64,000 bases of DNA. It comes from Azolla caroliniana. Taxonomy: Eukaryota; Plantae; Polypodiophyta. The notes beneath the pieces were generated by a model. The model did no database searches. It was not told the origin of the DNA and was given only the letters and a program-made list of their open reading frames with translations. Where the stretch lies: contig JBHGNT010000011.1 in NCBI GenBank assembly GCA_043228905.1, forward strand, positions 8,990,001 to 9,054,000, written 5' to 3'. This document shows, one piece after another, positions 11,974 to 26,127 of this stretch (position 1 is the first letter of the stretch; each line of letters opens with the position of its first letter). Position numbers and translations under genes: made by a program.

Positions 11974-14900
11974 ATGGACGAATCGTTTGGTGGCATGTTC
12001 AAGCTCACCGGGTCCAACTATTCAGTGTGGAAGTCGAAGATGAGGGACATGCTCGTGGTTAAAGATCTTTGGTTACTGGTTCAGTTCGGAGACAAGAGAC
12101 TGGACAAGATCGACGCCACAATATGGGAGGTGATGCACATGAAGACAACGGCGTACATACGGTGCTTCATCGACATGAGCCTATACAACAACTTTAATGA
12201 AGAGAGCAAGGCTCATGAGCTCTGGGAGAAGATCGACATAATGTTTCAAAACAAAATTGCTGTTAATCAGGTTTCGGTATTCCGGAAGCTAGTAAGACTC
12301 CGGTACCAAGATGGCTCCAGCATGGCGGAGCACATGAATGCCTTCCAGGGGCTGATACACCAAGCAACATCATTGGAAGTACCTCTTGCCGACGAGGTAC
12401 TAGCGCTACTCCTGCTCGGTTCCCTCCCGGATAGCTGGGAGACGTTGGTTGTCACTTTGGGCAACGCCGGGCCCGAAGGAAAGCGGTTATCCCTAGCAAG
12501 AGTAAAGTCGAGCTTGCTAGATGAGGAGGCGCATCGGAAAGATAAAGATACGAGCTCCGACTCCAAAGCGCTCCTTACCGAATCGGAATGCGGAAGACAT
12601 AGAAACCGTAGTCCCAAGAACCGGGAGAAGTCGGGGACACGGTCAAAGTCAAGGGGGAGGCCTACTTGCTTCTATTGCGGCAAGCCGGGACACTTCCAGA
12701 AGAACTGTCGGCATTTCCGAAAGGATAAGGAGACCGACGGTACCGATTCGAAGCAGACCCCGGACCGGAACGGTAAAGACCGGAGGGGCCCGGACCGGAA
12801 GGGAACGACGGCAATCGCGGCAAGTGAAGAAGAGTTGATGCTCATCACCGAGGAGAGTGAGATAAACCTTGCCGGCGACGAGATGACCTGGGTGGTAGAC
12901 TCCGGAGCGTCGTTCCACCTTACCCCGGACCGGAAATGCTTCTCATCCTACTCAACCGGTGATCACGGTTGTGTCCAGATGGGGAATGAAGGTACATGCC
13001 GAATTGTCGGCATAGGAGACGTGTGGCTGACAACACCAACCGGATGCAAGTTGCTGCTGAAGGATGTCCGACACGTTCCGGAGGTTCGTCTGAACCTGAT
13101 ATCAGCCGGTCGGCTAGATGATGAAGGCTACACGGGTAGCATCCGGAACGGTGTCATGAAGTTTAGCAAAGGGAGCCTGATTGTGGCTCGGGCCCGGAAG
13201 GTAAACACGTTGTACCTGATGAATGCCCGGTTATGTCCGGAAGAAGTGAACGTTGCATCCGACACTGCCGGTGAGCTGTGGCACAAGAGGCTGTGTCATA
13301 TGAACGAGAAGGGGATGAAGAGGCTTGCAGACAACAACCTCATTCCAGTGAAGAACGTACACTTGGAGAAGTGCACTGATTGTCTGGCCGGTAAGCAAAA
13401 CCGGACCTCCTTCCGACCAAGGCCACCGATGAGACGTAATGCACCACTGGAGTTGGTGCATACGGATGTGTGTCAAGTAGACACGAAGTCACATGCTAGA
13501 GCGCAGTACTTCGTGACATTCATTGATGACCACAGCCGGAAGATGTGGGCCACACCGTTGAAGACGAAGGATCAAGTGCTATCCGTCTTCAAAGAGCTCC
13601 ACGCGAGAGTGGAAAGAGAAACCGGCTAGAAGCTGAAGGCGGTTCGAGCAGATAACGGAGGAGAATACCAGGGGCAGTTCGAGGAGTACTGCTGCTTGAA
13701 GGGAATCCGGCTCGAATTTACCGTGCCGAAGACGCCGAAACTAAACTGACTGGCCGAGAGGATGAACCGGACCATAATGGAGAGGGTCCGGAGTATGCTA
13801 GCGCATGCAAAACTACCCAAGAAGTTTTGGGCTGAGGCATTGTCGACGGCGACATATGTGATAAATAGATCACCTTCAGTACCCTTGGACGGAGACACAC
13901 CACAGAGAGTATGGACCGGTAAGGAAGTATCTTACCGGCATCTGAAGGTGTTCGGGTGTCTTGCGTACGTGCATGTAGCTAAGGACCGGAGAGGAAAGTT
14001 AGATCCAAAGACCTGACCATGCATATTCCTCGGTTACGGTGACGATGAGTTTGGCTACCGAGTGTGGGACCTGGTGGGTGACAAGAAGGTATTCCGGAGT
14101 CGAGATATTATCTTCATGGAGGACAAGATGCTCGCCGACTGGGAGTCAGAGAAAAAGATAATGAACTCCGAGTCGACCGGAAAGGATCGATTCTACGATG
14201 AGCAGACCCAACCGGCGAGAGACCGGTTAGCACTCGAAGAACCAGCCGGATACGGTGAGGATACCGAACGGGCTGAAGAAGAAGTAGAGGAAGCTGAAAC
14301 CGGAACCGGCTAAGACCCCGAATCGGATTCGGATGAAGAGCAAATGGAGGAGCCGGTTACTGAAGCCTGAAGACGGAGATATCCTCTCAGAGAGAGAAGG
14401 GCCCTCCGGAGATTTCCGGATGCAGAGCATGTTCTGCTGACCGATGAGGGGGAGCCGGAAAGCTTCGAAGAAGCGAAGGATGACACCCACAGCCGAAAAT
14501 GGTTAAGTGCCATGCAGGACGAGATGGATTCCCTGCATGAGAACCATACGTACGAATTGGTGGAGTTGCCGAAAGGAAAGCGGGCACTCCGAAACAAGTG
14601 GGTGTACAAGTTGAAACCGGGAGATGCCGGCAACCCCTCGAGATACAAAGCCAGGATCGTGGTGAAGGGGTTCCAGCAGAAAAAGGGCGTGGACTTTGAC
14701 GAGATATTTGCCCCAGTAGTAAAGATGACCTCCATCCAGACGGTGCTGAGTATAGCGGCAAGCATGGACCTCAAGGTAGAACAGCTGGACGTGAAGACAA
14801 CATTCCTTCATGGCGACCTCGAAGAGGAGATCTACATGCAGCAACCGGAGGGATTCGTGGAGAAAGGGAAGGAGGACCTGGTATGCCGGTTGAAGAAGAG

Positions 14901-15898
14901 CCTCTACGGGTTGAAGCAGGCCCCCCGGCAATGGTACCGGAAGTTTGACTCCTTCATGACTGATCAAGGGTACCACAAGACGCAGGCCGATCACTGCGTG
15001 TTTGTGAAGAAGTTCAAAGGAGGTGACTTCCTGATACTCCTTCTGTACGTGGACGACATGTTGATCGTCGGACGGGAGCAAGTCAAAATACGGATGCTGA
15101 AGAAGGCTCTCAACCGGACCTTCTCAATGAAAGACTTGGGTCCAGCAAGACAGATGCTGGGGATGCATATTATCCGGAACCGGTCAGCGAAGCAATTATG
15201 GATGTCATAGGAGAAGTACGTGACAAAGGTGCTTCACCGGTTCAACATGTCAGATGCGAAACCGGTCGGATCGACACTTCCGGCAAACTGCAGATTATCC
15301 GGTAAGCAAAGCTCGAAGACGAAAGCAGAGAAGGCGGATATGATGAAGATTCCATATGCCTCTGCTGTCGGGAGCTTAATGTACACAATGGTTTGTACCC
15401 GACCGATATAGGATACGTAGTTGGAGTAGTGATTCGGCTCCGGAAAAACTCAACTGGACGGCTTCACCGATTCGAACATGTCGGCTGATGTGGATACCAG
15501 CCGGTCTACATCCGGGTACGTAATGACATATGCAGGGGGAGCTGTTTCGTGGCAGTCGACGCTGCAGAAGACGGTTGCAGGCGGAGTACATGGTGGCTGT
15601 GGAAGCTGGCAAGGAAATATTATGGATGAAGGACTTCATCGGAGAGCTCGGTATCCGTCAAGATGAATACTGACTCTATTGCGACAGTCAAAGTGCCATC
15701 CATCTTGCTAAGAATGCGGCCTACCATTCCCGGATGAAGCATATCTAGCAAAGGTATCACTGGATCCGGGAGTTCGCGCTGATAAAGATCCACACAGCCG
15801 AGAACGGGTCAGATATGCTGACCAAAGTGTTGATACCCGACAAGTTGGATGCATGCCGGAAGAGAATCGGACTGGTAAGACACCCCATGCCGGAGTGA
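11974..15898 (+). pseudogene. Copia gag-pol polyprotein of element D, disrupted by stops and deletions
   Basis: 551-aa ORF with gag, CFYCGKPGHFQKNC, WVVDSGASFH, GAG-pre-integrase and LVHTDVC. Continues through in-frame stops to RT (LLLYVDDML) and RNase H remnants. Confidence 0.9.
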
Positions 15899-15949
15899 AG
15901 GGGGAGTTTGTTGGGAGACAGGTCCCTCCGGATGGGAAGTGAGAAGACC

Positions 15950-16180
15950 AGACCCGGTGAAGACTGGATGAGCAGTACTCGGCTACGGAGAGCCGGATGG
16001 TGCAAACCCGGTGAGAACCGGATGAGGAGTACCCGGCTACGGAGAGCCGGATGGTGCAGACCCGGTGAGAACTGGAAGAGGAGTACCCGGCTACGGAGAG
16101 CCGGATGGTGCAAACCCGGTGAGAACCGGATGAATGAGTACCCGGCTACGGAGAGCCGGATGGTGCAGACCCGGTGAGGA
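15950..16180 (+). repeat. About 4 tandem copies of a ~54-bp CCGG-rich unit in the U3 of the element D LTR
   Basis: GAGTACCCGGCTACGGAGAGCCGGATGGTGCA(A/G)ACCCGGTGAG recurs at ~16027, 16081, 16136, with a further copy upstream. Confidence 0.9.
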
Positions 16181-19100
16181 ATGCTCACCGAATGAAGAGA
16201 CATATTCGTAAATATGTTTCTGAGAGTCCATCGAGGCTATATCTGTAAATAGCCGAAAAGTCATATTAGTATAAATATGACTTAGGGCAAACTTTTAGTA
16301 GTGGTTGTTGTCATTCTTGTTGGTGCAAGAAAAGTGAGAGCGCGTAACTGTGTACAGAGAGAGAGAGAAAGAGGTCGATGCCTCTATTGTAACCGCCGTT
16401 TGTGGCGAGGATTGTGAGCATGAGGTCCTTGCCTTCGTGAACTCACTGTTGTACATTCTAACATAGTGATAGTTTGCAGCCTGTGGGCTGCCGTGGTTTT
16501 TCCCTTAGTTTGGGTTTTCCACGTAAACATCCTGCGTACACCTCTCTTCTTCGTGTCGTGCTTTTTCCCTTTTTCTGTGTATGATTCTAAGCTCGGTTGT
16601 GGCCGAGCGTTGCGTAGAAGGAGCGTACAGTTCCCGTCAGTATGACCAAGATGCATAGTTGGATCTGTCGAGCTTCTCCACCGGGAGCGAGCTAGCCATT
16701 CCTCTGTCCATTACTTCTCTTCTTGTTCTTACCGGGTTGGTTTTCCTTTCAAGCTATGTCGGTTGCAGAGGTTCTCAACCCTCGCACTCTAATACCATGT
16801 AAAAGATTATGTGTGGAAGCAAGTAGAAAACCGAACACAGAAACACATGTTTAATGGAAAGCTTTACAGTACGCGGGAGAGACAGAGAAAGAGTAGAACA
16901 ACTTAAATCTATTACAAAACAATAATAATTCTCTGTACAAGAAACGTGCTCAACAACACTATTTATACAAGTCCTAAGAGGACTGACAGAAGTACCGCGT
17001 ACTTCAATGCTCACTCCAGCGTCTGACACTAACTACGAGACTATTAACTACCTAGTAGTCTAGGCTACTACTAGTCTTCTGGTTACTGTTTAGTCTAGCT
17101 AATCGGCTCCCCAGCTCACCGGCTCAATTGCTCGCCGGCTCGCTAATCCGTCTCACCGATCCGGCTTCAATGCTCACTCGAGCGTCTGAAACTAACTACG
17201 AGACTATTAACTACCTAGTAGTCTAGGCTACTACTAGTCTTCTGGTTACTGTTTAGTCTAGCTAACCGGCTCCCCAGCTCACTGGCTCAATTGCTCGCCG
17301 GCTCGCCGATCCGTCTCACTGATCCGGCTTCATCCTTCTGGATGTCGATCCAGCTCAGGCTTATTCAGCCGATCCGGATCCGGTTGAGCTTGCCGCTCAA
17401 CACCGTCTCCTCGGCTTCCTGCGCGGGGAATGCACGACCGAGTCTCCACTACTCACCGACTCTTGATCGGATTGGTCGAACCGACTCAGTCATCTAGTCG
17501 GTCCGCTTAACCAAAATGAAATCGGACTCTCTTCGCGGGTCCCGATTTTAGGCTCATCCGAAGGCATCTCGGCCTCGCTGACCTCATTGTCAGAACTCTG
17601 ATTGGAGGTGAGGTCTGGAGTCAGAGGCAAGTACCAGGACGCGGAGTCATCAAAACACAACGTTGCGGCTCACGCACGCTTGTTTGGTGCGAGGGTTATA
17701 ACGCTTATAACCCTTCTGCTCGTCCGAATAGCCGACCAAGATACACTTCTAGGCTTTCGCGTCTAGCTTCCTCCGCTTCTCCTTCGGTACATGCACATAC
17801 GCAATGCTACCGAAAACTCTTAAGTGTCGCAAATTCGGCTTCATTCTGAACTATAGCTCATTCGCCAACACTTTTTCTCCAATCTAGTTCTGGATGTAGA
17901 CTGCGGTCCAAACCGCTTCGGCCCAGTAGAACTTGGGCAAGCTGTTCTCCTCCAGTATTGCCCGCTCCGTTTCCACAACCGACCGATTTTTCCTTTCGTC
18001 CACGCTGTTTTGCTCTAGCGTATATTTGCAACTGAATTCGCGTCGAATTCCCATCTGTTGTAAATGCCCATTAAATTGACCGGAGAAGTACTCTTTTCCG
18101 CCATCCGACCGCGGGCACTTGATCTTTCTTCCTGTTTCCCTTTCGACGAAACTCTTGAGGTTCCGGAAACAGTCGAAGACTTCACTCTTCTTCTCAATGA
18201 GGTAGATCCACGTGTGCCACGTACAGTCATCGATGAAGGAGACAAAATATCGACTCCCGCGAAGACTAACGTTCTGTGCCGACCCCCGTACATCGGAATG
18301 GATCAATTTGAGCTTGTTCCAACTCTGGTTACACTCGTTGGGGAAAGGAAGTCGGTGTTGCTTCCCTAGCTGGCAGGCTTCACAAATTTGTGCCTTCCGG
18401 CCACTAAATTTGGGCAATCCGAACACCACCTGTTTCGATTGCAGGTCCTGAAGCCATTGATAGTTGACTTGGCCTATCCGCTTGTGCCATAAGTCGATAT
18501 CCGACTTGACTTTTTGTCCTTTTGCGAACATTGTGGTGCCACCGTCACTAGAGTCGAGGATAAACATCCTCCCGTCTCTGCGCCCTTGCGCAATAACTCG
18601 GCCTTCTTCCTCGATGAAGCACACGAGATGTGTGAACCGGACTTGCATCCCCTGGTCAACCATCTGCCCGACCGACACCAGATTCTTTGTGACTGTCGGG
18701 ATGTGTAACACGTTCATGACTTTCCCTTTCTGCCCGACACGGCTCAGGGGAATTTCACCGACATTCGCGATCGGATGCGGAGTGTTGTCTCTAGTTGTGA
18801 TTACTCTCGATTGCATCGGTTTCTCAAGGTATGAGAACCACTCCTTGTGGTACGTCATGTGGTTTGACGCGCCAAAGTCGACGTACCACACCTCGTCTGA
18901 TTTCGGGGTGGACTTCTTCATCGAGTTCGCTTCGTGTCTCGTCACGAAGGCTGACCTTTTTCCAGCTTTTCCGGATCCTTCGGTGTAGTGCAATCGTTGC
19001 CGATTACCCTTGTCAGTTTGTCCAGAACCTGATCCAGATCCGGTCCTCTCCAAATCGGCACGCTTCTTCTAGCACTTGCTCTCCTTGTGGCCTTTCTTGC

Positions 19101-19579
19101 CACAGTACCAACATTCCGCGACGGATTTCCCATGCCGGTTCTCATCGCCTCGACTCCCCCTATTTCCGAAGGGTCTGGAATTGCTATTGGCATCACTTCG
19201 GTGCCTTCTTCCTTGATCCCGTCGGCCGCCTCCATTGCGCACCGACTCGCTTTGTCCACCACGACCATGGGGCCTATCTACCTCCGTGTACAACATCTTG
19301 TTGTCGGCATGTATGCTCGTCAACGCACCCGCGTGGTTCTCCTCTATAAGGAGCATCGATTGTAGGTCGAAAAATGATGGCGTATTCTCCCGTGTACACA
19401 CAACAGTTCAGAATGCTCCAAACTTCGACACCAGTCCCCCGAGACAGATCTGCACCATCTCACCTTCTTCAACATTCACATTGATAGAGGCTAAGGAGTT
19501 GCTTATCTCTTTGATCTTCAAGGTGTAATCAGCCACCGACAAGTCACGTTGTCGTAGGTTGCTCATCTCCTGTTGGAGT

Positions 19580-19973
19580 CATAGTTCCTAATATTTGCGT
19601 ACGTCCAATTTACTGGACGTACGCGAACGTTTGCAAACGTACGCGTATGATACGCGATATTCGTTTGGCTTTTTTTCTTTTTTTTTTCTTTTTTTGGGTT
19701 TTTTTAATTTTTGATATTCATAATATTTTGTGAATAGAAGTGACATCTGACACACATACACACACACACACTCTCTCTCTCACACGAGAACTGACAGATT
19801 TTCTCTCTCTACAAAATCTAGATATCTAATATACATATTACATACTCCCTCACACAGACAAAACCCATAGCTCCTCTCTCTCTCTCTCTCTCTCTCTCTA
19901 GAGTCTAGATATACACTCAATCACTGTCTCCTCACACATGCAAAACAAGGCTTCTCTCTCTAGACCACACACG

Positions 19974-20010
<37 letters not shown>

Positions 20011-20163
20011 ACACTATGTACACCATATACACCATATGTATATATAATATATCTATGTACCGCGTATGGATTTCAATCATACTTGGAGCCTTTTCACGTA
20101 TGAGTATGATACGAATATTGGCGTTTGAGTATGACATGAATGGGACGTATGGCTAGAACTATG
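19580..20163. mobile_element. Non-autonomous hAT-type DNA transposon (MITE) inserted in the gag of element B
   Basis: Perfect 8-bp TSD GTTGGAGT (19572-19579 and 20164-20171). Terminal inverted repeat CATAGTTC...GAACTATG; subterminal ACG-rich motifs; microsatellite interior; no coding capacity. Confidence 0.85.
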
Positions 20164-21887
20164 GTTGGAGTTGAAGCTTCCTGGCTGTAGTGCTTGCGGC
20201 GAAAATCTTCTTCAGATTTCCCCAAGCATCTTTCGGCGTTTTTGTATCCTAAATGTAGCTTAAGAGTTGTTCGCCCACACAAGATGCGAAGCAGTACAAT
20301 ACTCTGCTCGCCGACTATTCCCACGCTGGGAAGTCTCTGTGTGTCGATTCAGGTGTTGGGTCATTTTCTTCGTCAACATAGCTCGAGTAATCGTGCCCGA
20401 GCATGTACTGGTGCATCTTGTAGGACCAAGACGCGTAGTTGTTTCTGTCGAGCTTCTCCGTCGGAAGCGAGCTAGCCATGCCTCTATCCATCGGTTTTAC
20501 CTGTTCTTCTTGGTTGGTTTTCCTTTCAAGCTATGTCGGATGTTGAGGTTCTCAACCCTCGCACTCTGATACCATGTAAAGAATAGCGTGTGGAAGCAAG
20601 TAGAAAACCAAACACAGAAAATACGCAGGTTTAATGGAGAGCTTGAATATACACAGTACGCGGGAGAGACAGAGAGAGAGAGAGAGAAGACACACAGAAA
20701 TTCAATTCAAAATAATACTCAATCTGTACATAGGATGTGCTCAGTGAGCATTTTTATACAAGTCCATACGAACTTACCGAAGTACTGACACGTACTTCAA
20801 TGCTCATAAATGAGCTCTACACTAACTCCCAAAATATATTCCTACGCGAAATATCTTTCCAACGGCCTGCGGTTTACGCACCGCTACGGCTTCTCGTTGC
20901 GCACCAGTCTGCGCACCCGGTTTACGCACCGGTCCGGCCTAACCGATAGATCCCAACCGATCCGGTTCTCGGCTTGCACAACCAATTCGGCCAATGTTAA
21001 GCTTGTGTCTCGACATATTTAAAATTTAAAATGATGTATTTTTTCTTTTGCATTTTAGACACCTCCAATGTTTGCTTTCTAATATAAATATTGACTTGAA
21101 ATATTTGCACAGACAGGAGTTGCAGTCAATGCTCTATTTTTGTCAGCCATTCCGACATTGTTGGTTAGTTTATTGTGTCATTTAACTTCAATTATCAGTT
21201 AATGTTGGTCCAAGCCTTCTAATCCGAATCATTGGAGAAACTTCTCGATGTGACAAGGGAAGAATTGCCAGTCCGATGGAAGGATGTCGAGTGAAAAGGC
21301 CAAGAGCATGGTACTCTCAAGTATTTCGTTACTTCCTTTTTTGTCTATTATTTAAGGTCGTACAATGATTTGCTTGAATGGTGGTAGATGGGTTCCAAGT
21401 CCAAGTACAAAGATTGGTGGGATTTCGATAACGGTGACATATATCCAACTGAAGATAGGTATGTCACGAACCAATCTCCCCTAATATTGGTTTAGGGTTT
21501 GATGCATGTATGTTGACTCGTGATTTGTTAAAGGGTCTTCGTTATAAGACATTGGAGAAGTTCGTCAGGCAAAATGTAACACATATAGAAGGAACAGAAC
21601 CTCCTCGCCTAGACTCGTTGTATATGGTTGGAAGATATGCAAATGGGAAAAAGGCTCGTGCGTGTATCTATACCGAGTATTGCCGCCTCTCGCCAAGGTG
21701 GTATCGCCAAAAAAGTGACATGGAATCACATTTACCCAGGGAACATGGAATAGACATAGTCCTACCACGAGGGATGCGTATAGAGGAGGAGGAGGAAACA
21801 AGTGTTTATATCAAGTTGATTTGTTGTTTTAAAACAATCTCAAGTTGTGATCTCCAATCGACTAGGTATAATTGTCACTGATCTGGT

Positions 21888-23407
21888 GTGGCCAACAAAC
21901 AATATCTGTGCACTCGACGTAGAAAGCATTCATCCCGATGTGGGTGTACTTTTCATGTGAACGCTCAAATGAATGACAGGGTTGACCATGGAACAATGAC
22001 CCTTTCAATATATGGACCTCATACGGGCCATGTACCGGGAAGTAGACTAGATGTGTACTATTTGCTGGTGGCCCCAAATGTTATAAATTGTTGCAGAGAT
22101 TACCTTTCTGATGTTGGATGTGCACGACATGTGGCACGGATGAGCATGCATAAGGAAGCATATCATAAGTCCAAGGCTAGTTCATTAGACCTTGTGAGTT
22201 ATAGGTTCTTTATGATACCAAAAGAGGTCCATAACATGGCCAACAAGTTAAAAATTGGGAGTGCTATGTGTGAAGTTGATTGGTCTTTGATGATGCAAGA
22301 TGCCTATGCCCTTTGAGATCTTTGGAAGGTGGCTCATGTCCAACCCTACTTGCCTGGTCAATATGGATCTCCCGCAAGGCAACCGTTCATCTTGGTGCTC
22401 CAAGATGAATGGATGTTAGAGATGTGTGAGCGATTGTCAATAAACGACACTTGGGGAATCGACTCCACATTTAAATCAAACCAATTTGGCTTGCCATTAT
22501 ATGCAGTTGTGGCCCCAAATGCCGTGGGAGTTGGTATTCCATTATGGTACATGATATGTAGGTCTGATAAGAGTTCTAACCATGAGCAAGCAGCTTTAAA
22601 AACTTGCTTGAGAGTCATATTTGCACGGATGCCCAATGTGAGGCCAAATGCCATAGTCATCGATAAAAGTTGGACATCATATAGTGCCATAAGTAATGTT
22701 GTTGCAACAGATCGTTTATCTTGGATAGTTACAAATGGGCAAAGGTCACAAACACATTGTAGACTTTTGTTGTATCAGTTCCATGCAAAAAAAGCATAGC
22801 TGGACAACTTGTTGCCAAAGGTAAGTGCAACTGAGAGAAACCATCTTTATAATCGGATGTGCCAACTCATGCAATGCATTAAGAAATCTACATTCAATGC
22901 CCAATGTGAGGAGTTAAAGGTAGAATATGCAAATAAGCCAAGTGTTTGGCAATACATAGAAGGAGGATGGTGTGGCTTGATATGTGTGTTCAAGAAACTG
23001 TGGCCCAAATTTGGTAGAATGTTCAACTATGGACATGTTGACACTACCAATCTTGTGGAGAGACATTGGCAGTTTATCAAATATACTGCCTTGAGAGGGA
23101 GGATAAACTGATCAATTACCGAACTTGTGCATGTTTTAATCGCGGACATTCAAACTGGCACTTGCATCGAGGGTACTGTTATTGAATGGTACAAGAAACG
23201 ACAGGAAATATGTGAGTGGTAGATTTGCACCCCGTGCAAATTGTAGGGATCAAACAACAAGACTTAAATAGGCGGAGAGGCTACTGGAGAGGTATGAAAC
23301 TAATGATGCAACAATGCATATTGTGGACGAGCCTGGATATTGGTTTAAAATATTGAGCTTGACAAAACCGAAGGTATGGTATAATGTATCGCTCCAATGC
23401 TCATATT
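21888..23407 (+). pseudogene. MULE transposase with SWIM zinc finger (copy 1); continues at 43268
   Basis: ORFs 21888..22316, 22329..22799 and 22809..23111 are in the same frame, separated by point stops. Confidence 0.8.
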
Positions 23408-24558
23408 TGTCATGAATAGTACGAAAAGTGAGAGAGAATTAGTACTGGAGAAGGGAAGTACTATTAGTACGAAGAGGACGGGACTGCGTAAGACTCCCGA
23501 GAGAGAGAGAGGAAGAGAGAAGAGGAGAGAGAGAGAGAGAGAGAGAGAAAATTATAATAGATGGTATAATGGTCAAGAGCTCGACCCATATAACATAAGT
23601 TTATGGGTTCGAGTCTTGCCATATCATGACACTATCCCCCCCCTTAAGATGAAGAGTGTAACGAGTTGGCGCTGATTGAGAACCGAGTTTGTCCGGATAC
23701 TGTCGGTGAAAATCAACAAGAAGATCCTGAGCATTGGCGACATGCTCGACGGGTTCCCAAGTACAGTCGCTCGGACTATAGCCAAGCCAATCAACTAAAT
23801 AATAAAGTTTATTGCGAACAAATTTGGACTCGAGGACGACAACAACTTCATACTCCGGGCCGGCATCTGACTCAAGTGGGGGCGGCGGTGGTGTAACACG
23901 ATCGGGAATAGTGTTTGCTTTATAAGGTTCAAGATGAGAACTATGGAAGACCAAATGTATCTGAAGATGCATAGGAAGATCAAGGTAGAATGTGACATCA
24001 TTAACATTACCGGTAATACGGAAAGGACCGAGTCATCGATAATCCAACTTGTCGCACGATCGAGTAGTCTTGATGTGATGAAGTAAGAGCCATACTCGAT
24101 CTCCGATGGCAAAAGAGGAGGGAAGCCGATGAAGATCCGCAGTCTGCGATGGCAAAAGACGTCGAGTAGTCTTCTGTGTGTTGAGCATGATGAAGATGAG
24201 TAAAGAGATCCATCTGGATCTTGCGTAGCCTCTCCAAATGATCCTCGACACAAGGATTGGTAGGTAGCTCCGGGGTGTCGATCACAGACCAACGAGGATG
24301 AGAACCAGTATAAGGGTAAAATGGGGAGACCCGAGTCGAGGAGTGAATAGCGTTATTATAAGCAAACTCTGCAAAGTGAAGAATATCAGCCCAATTGTTC
24401 TGCTGATAACTCAGAAAACACCGGAGGTATTGTTCCAGCGTTTGATTTGTTCATTCTGCCTGCCCATCGGTCTAGGGATGGTAGCCGGAGGAGAGGTTAC
24501 AAGAGAACTTGAGCATCTTGAAGAGATGCTTCCAAAATTTGGAGACGAATTGAGGTCC

Positions 24559-26127
24559 TTAGTCACTGATGATATTGTCTAGGAGGCCATGATGCTGAAA
24601 TACCTCACGCATGACAAGGGCGGCGGTTTCCTCACTAGTGATGGCCTTAGTACACGGCACAAAATGTGCCATCTTAGTATATTGATCAACGACGGTTAAG
24701 ATAGCATTGAAACCCTTCGAAACCGGCAGATCTATGATAAAATCAAGACAAATAGACTGCCACGGCTTACTTGGAATTGGTAAGGGTTCCAACAAGCCAT
24801 ATGGATGATGTTGTGGCGTCTTTGCTCGGCAGCAAGCATCACAGGTCTGAACGTAGTCGTCGACAAAACATCGCATATGGGGCCACCAAAAAGATCGTTG
24901 AACTAGATCCAATGTCTTCATACTATCGAAATGTCCCAATGTATGGGTGTCGTGACAATTTTGGACGATTTGAAGGTGACAAGAGCTATCGGGAACATAT
25001 ACAAGCTTTTTTAAGAACAATAAACCATCATGATATTCGAATTGTCGGTAGTCCATACCTGGTCGTTGAGACTGGGAACAGGATGCCCGAGAGGTATCAA
25101 TGTGCGCTAGAATGGCTTGAGCATAATTGTCTATCTTCAAGTTAGCACGTATGGCATCGATAATCCGGGAATCTAGTGGAGTGTGAAAAATCCGCGTTGT
25201 GTGCAAATGTGTTGGTCCCAAGATTACCTGCTTTTGATTATCAAACGTTGGATCACTAGGAAGAGGTGCAAGATATGAATGCCGCGATAGTGCATCTGCT
25301 TTTCTTTGCTGCTTCCCCGGTCGATATGTGATTTTGAAGTCAAAATGCATGAGGAATTGGGCCCACCGAGCTTGCTGTCGATTTAGTACACGAGCGTTCT
25401 GGAAATAAGCAAGAATTTTGTGATCACTGAAGACGATGACCTGATGTGGAGAGCGCTCTAAGAAGTGCCGCCATTGCACAAATGAATCCACGATGACTAA
25501 TAACTCCTTGTCATGTATCTCGTAGTTGATTTCCGTGGCATCAAATTTGCGCGAATGGAAAGCCACATGATGTAACTCTTCTTTATCTCCTTGTTGAGAA
25601 AGGATGCTACCGAGTGTGAAATCCGATGCGTCGGCCCCCATGATGAATGGTTTATTTATATCAACATGAGCTAGAATAGGAGCTAATGTAAAGACTTTCT
25701 TAAGATGCCTAAAAGCCATGGCCGCTTCATTGGACCAAAGAAATGTCCGTCCCTTCTTCGTAAGTTGTGTGAGAGGTAAAATAATCTTCGAGTAATCTTG
25801 TATAAACTTGCGGTAGAAGTTAGCAAAACTTAGGAAACATTGTACATCTTGTAACAAACGTGGAGTTTGCCACTCTAGCACAATTTTGACTTTAGCCGGA
25901 TCCATGGAGATGCCCTTTGAGGAGATGACGTAGTCTAGAAATTCCACTTGCTTGCAGTCAAAGCTACATTTTTCTAGTTTAGCGCAAAGACCATTCTCTT
26001 GAAGTTGTTTTAGTACTAATAGTACATGAGAATCATGCTCTTCTTGGGTCTTCGAATAAATCAATAGATCATCCAAATAGAAGATCAAACAGATATCCAA
26101 GAGGTCTCTGAATATATCATTTGCCAT
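24559..26127 (-). pseudogene. RT-RNase H-integrase segment of element F
   Basis: 522-aa ORF with YLDD, DAS, NYEIHDKELL, HHCC zinc-binding motif and CLDFIIDLP. Confidence 0.9.

Larger units (their letters stand above)
11394..16639 (+). mobile_element. Copia element D (Tnt1/Tork-like) nested in C: 5'-truncated 5' LTR ~11394-11944, PBS 11947-11958, PPT 15897-15906, 3' LTR 15909-16639
   Basis: LTR copies align and the PBS is TGGTATCAGAGC. No TSD, because a deletion removed the LTR start and most of the gag of C. Confidence 0.92.
7310..17402 (-). mobile_element. Copia element C nested in B: 3' LTR 7310-7725, 5' LTR 16798-17402 (with internal duplication), PBS just left of 16798, PPT from 7726; hosts element D
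   Basis: Two matching TGTAAAAGAT...CTCAACA repeats; near-TSD TCGTC (7305-7309) / CCGTC (17403-17407). Decayed PR, IN, RT and RNase H fragments (ORFs 10882..11178, 9913..10647, 9260..9694, 8127..8998). Confidence 0.9.
6600..21015 (-). mobile_element. Copia element B: 5' LTR 20575-21015, tRNA-iMet PBS just left of 20575, gag-PR-IN 17403-20500, RT fragment ~6670-7300; 3' end lost; hosts element C and a hAT MITE
   Basis: PBS TGGTATCAGAG on minus strand next to the LTR. ORFs with CWYCGKKGHKESKC, WYVDFGASNHMT, integrase LIHSDV..FIDD..SDGGKEY and RT YKAWLVAKGY..HQMDVKNAFL. Confidence 0.85.

Noticed and set aside
12267-15081. Numerous antisense and overlapping ORFs over Copia pol regions
   Set aside because: Expected shadows of GC-rich coding sequence; no independent motifs.
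15950-16180. Regular ~54-bp repeats resembling a CRISPR array
   Set aside because: Head-to-tail units with no unique spacers, inside a plant LTR; no cas genes.
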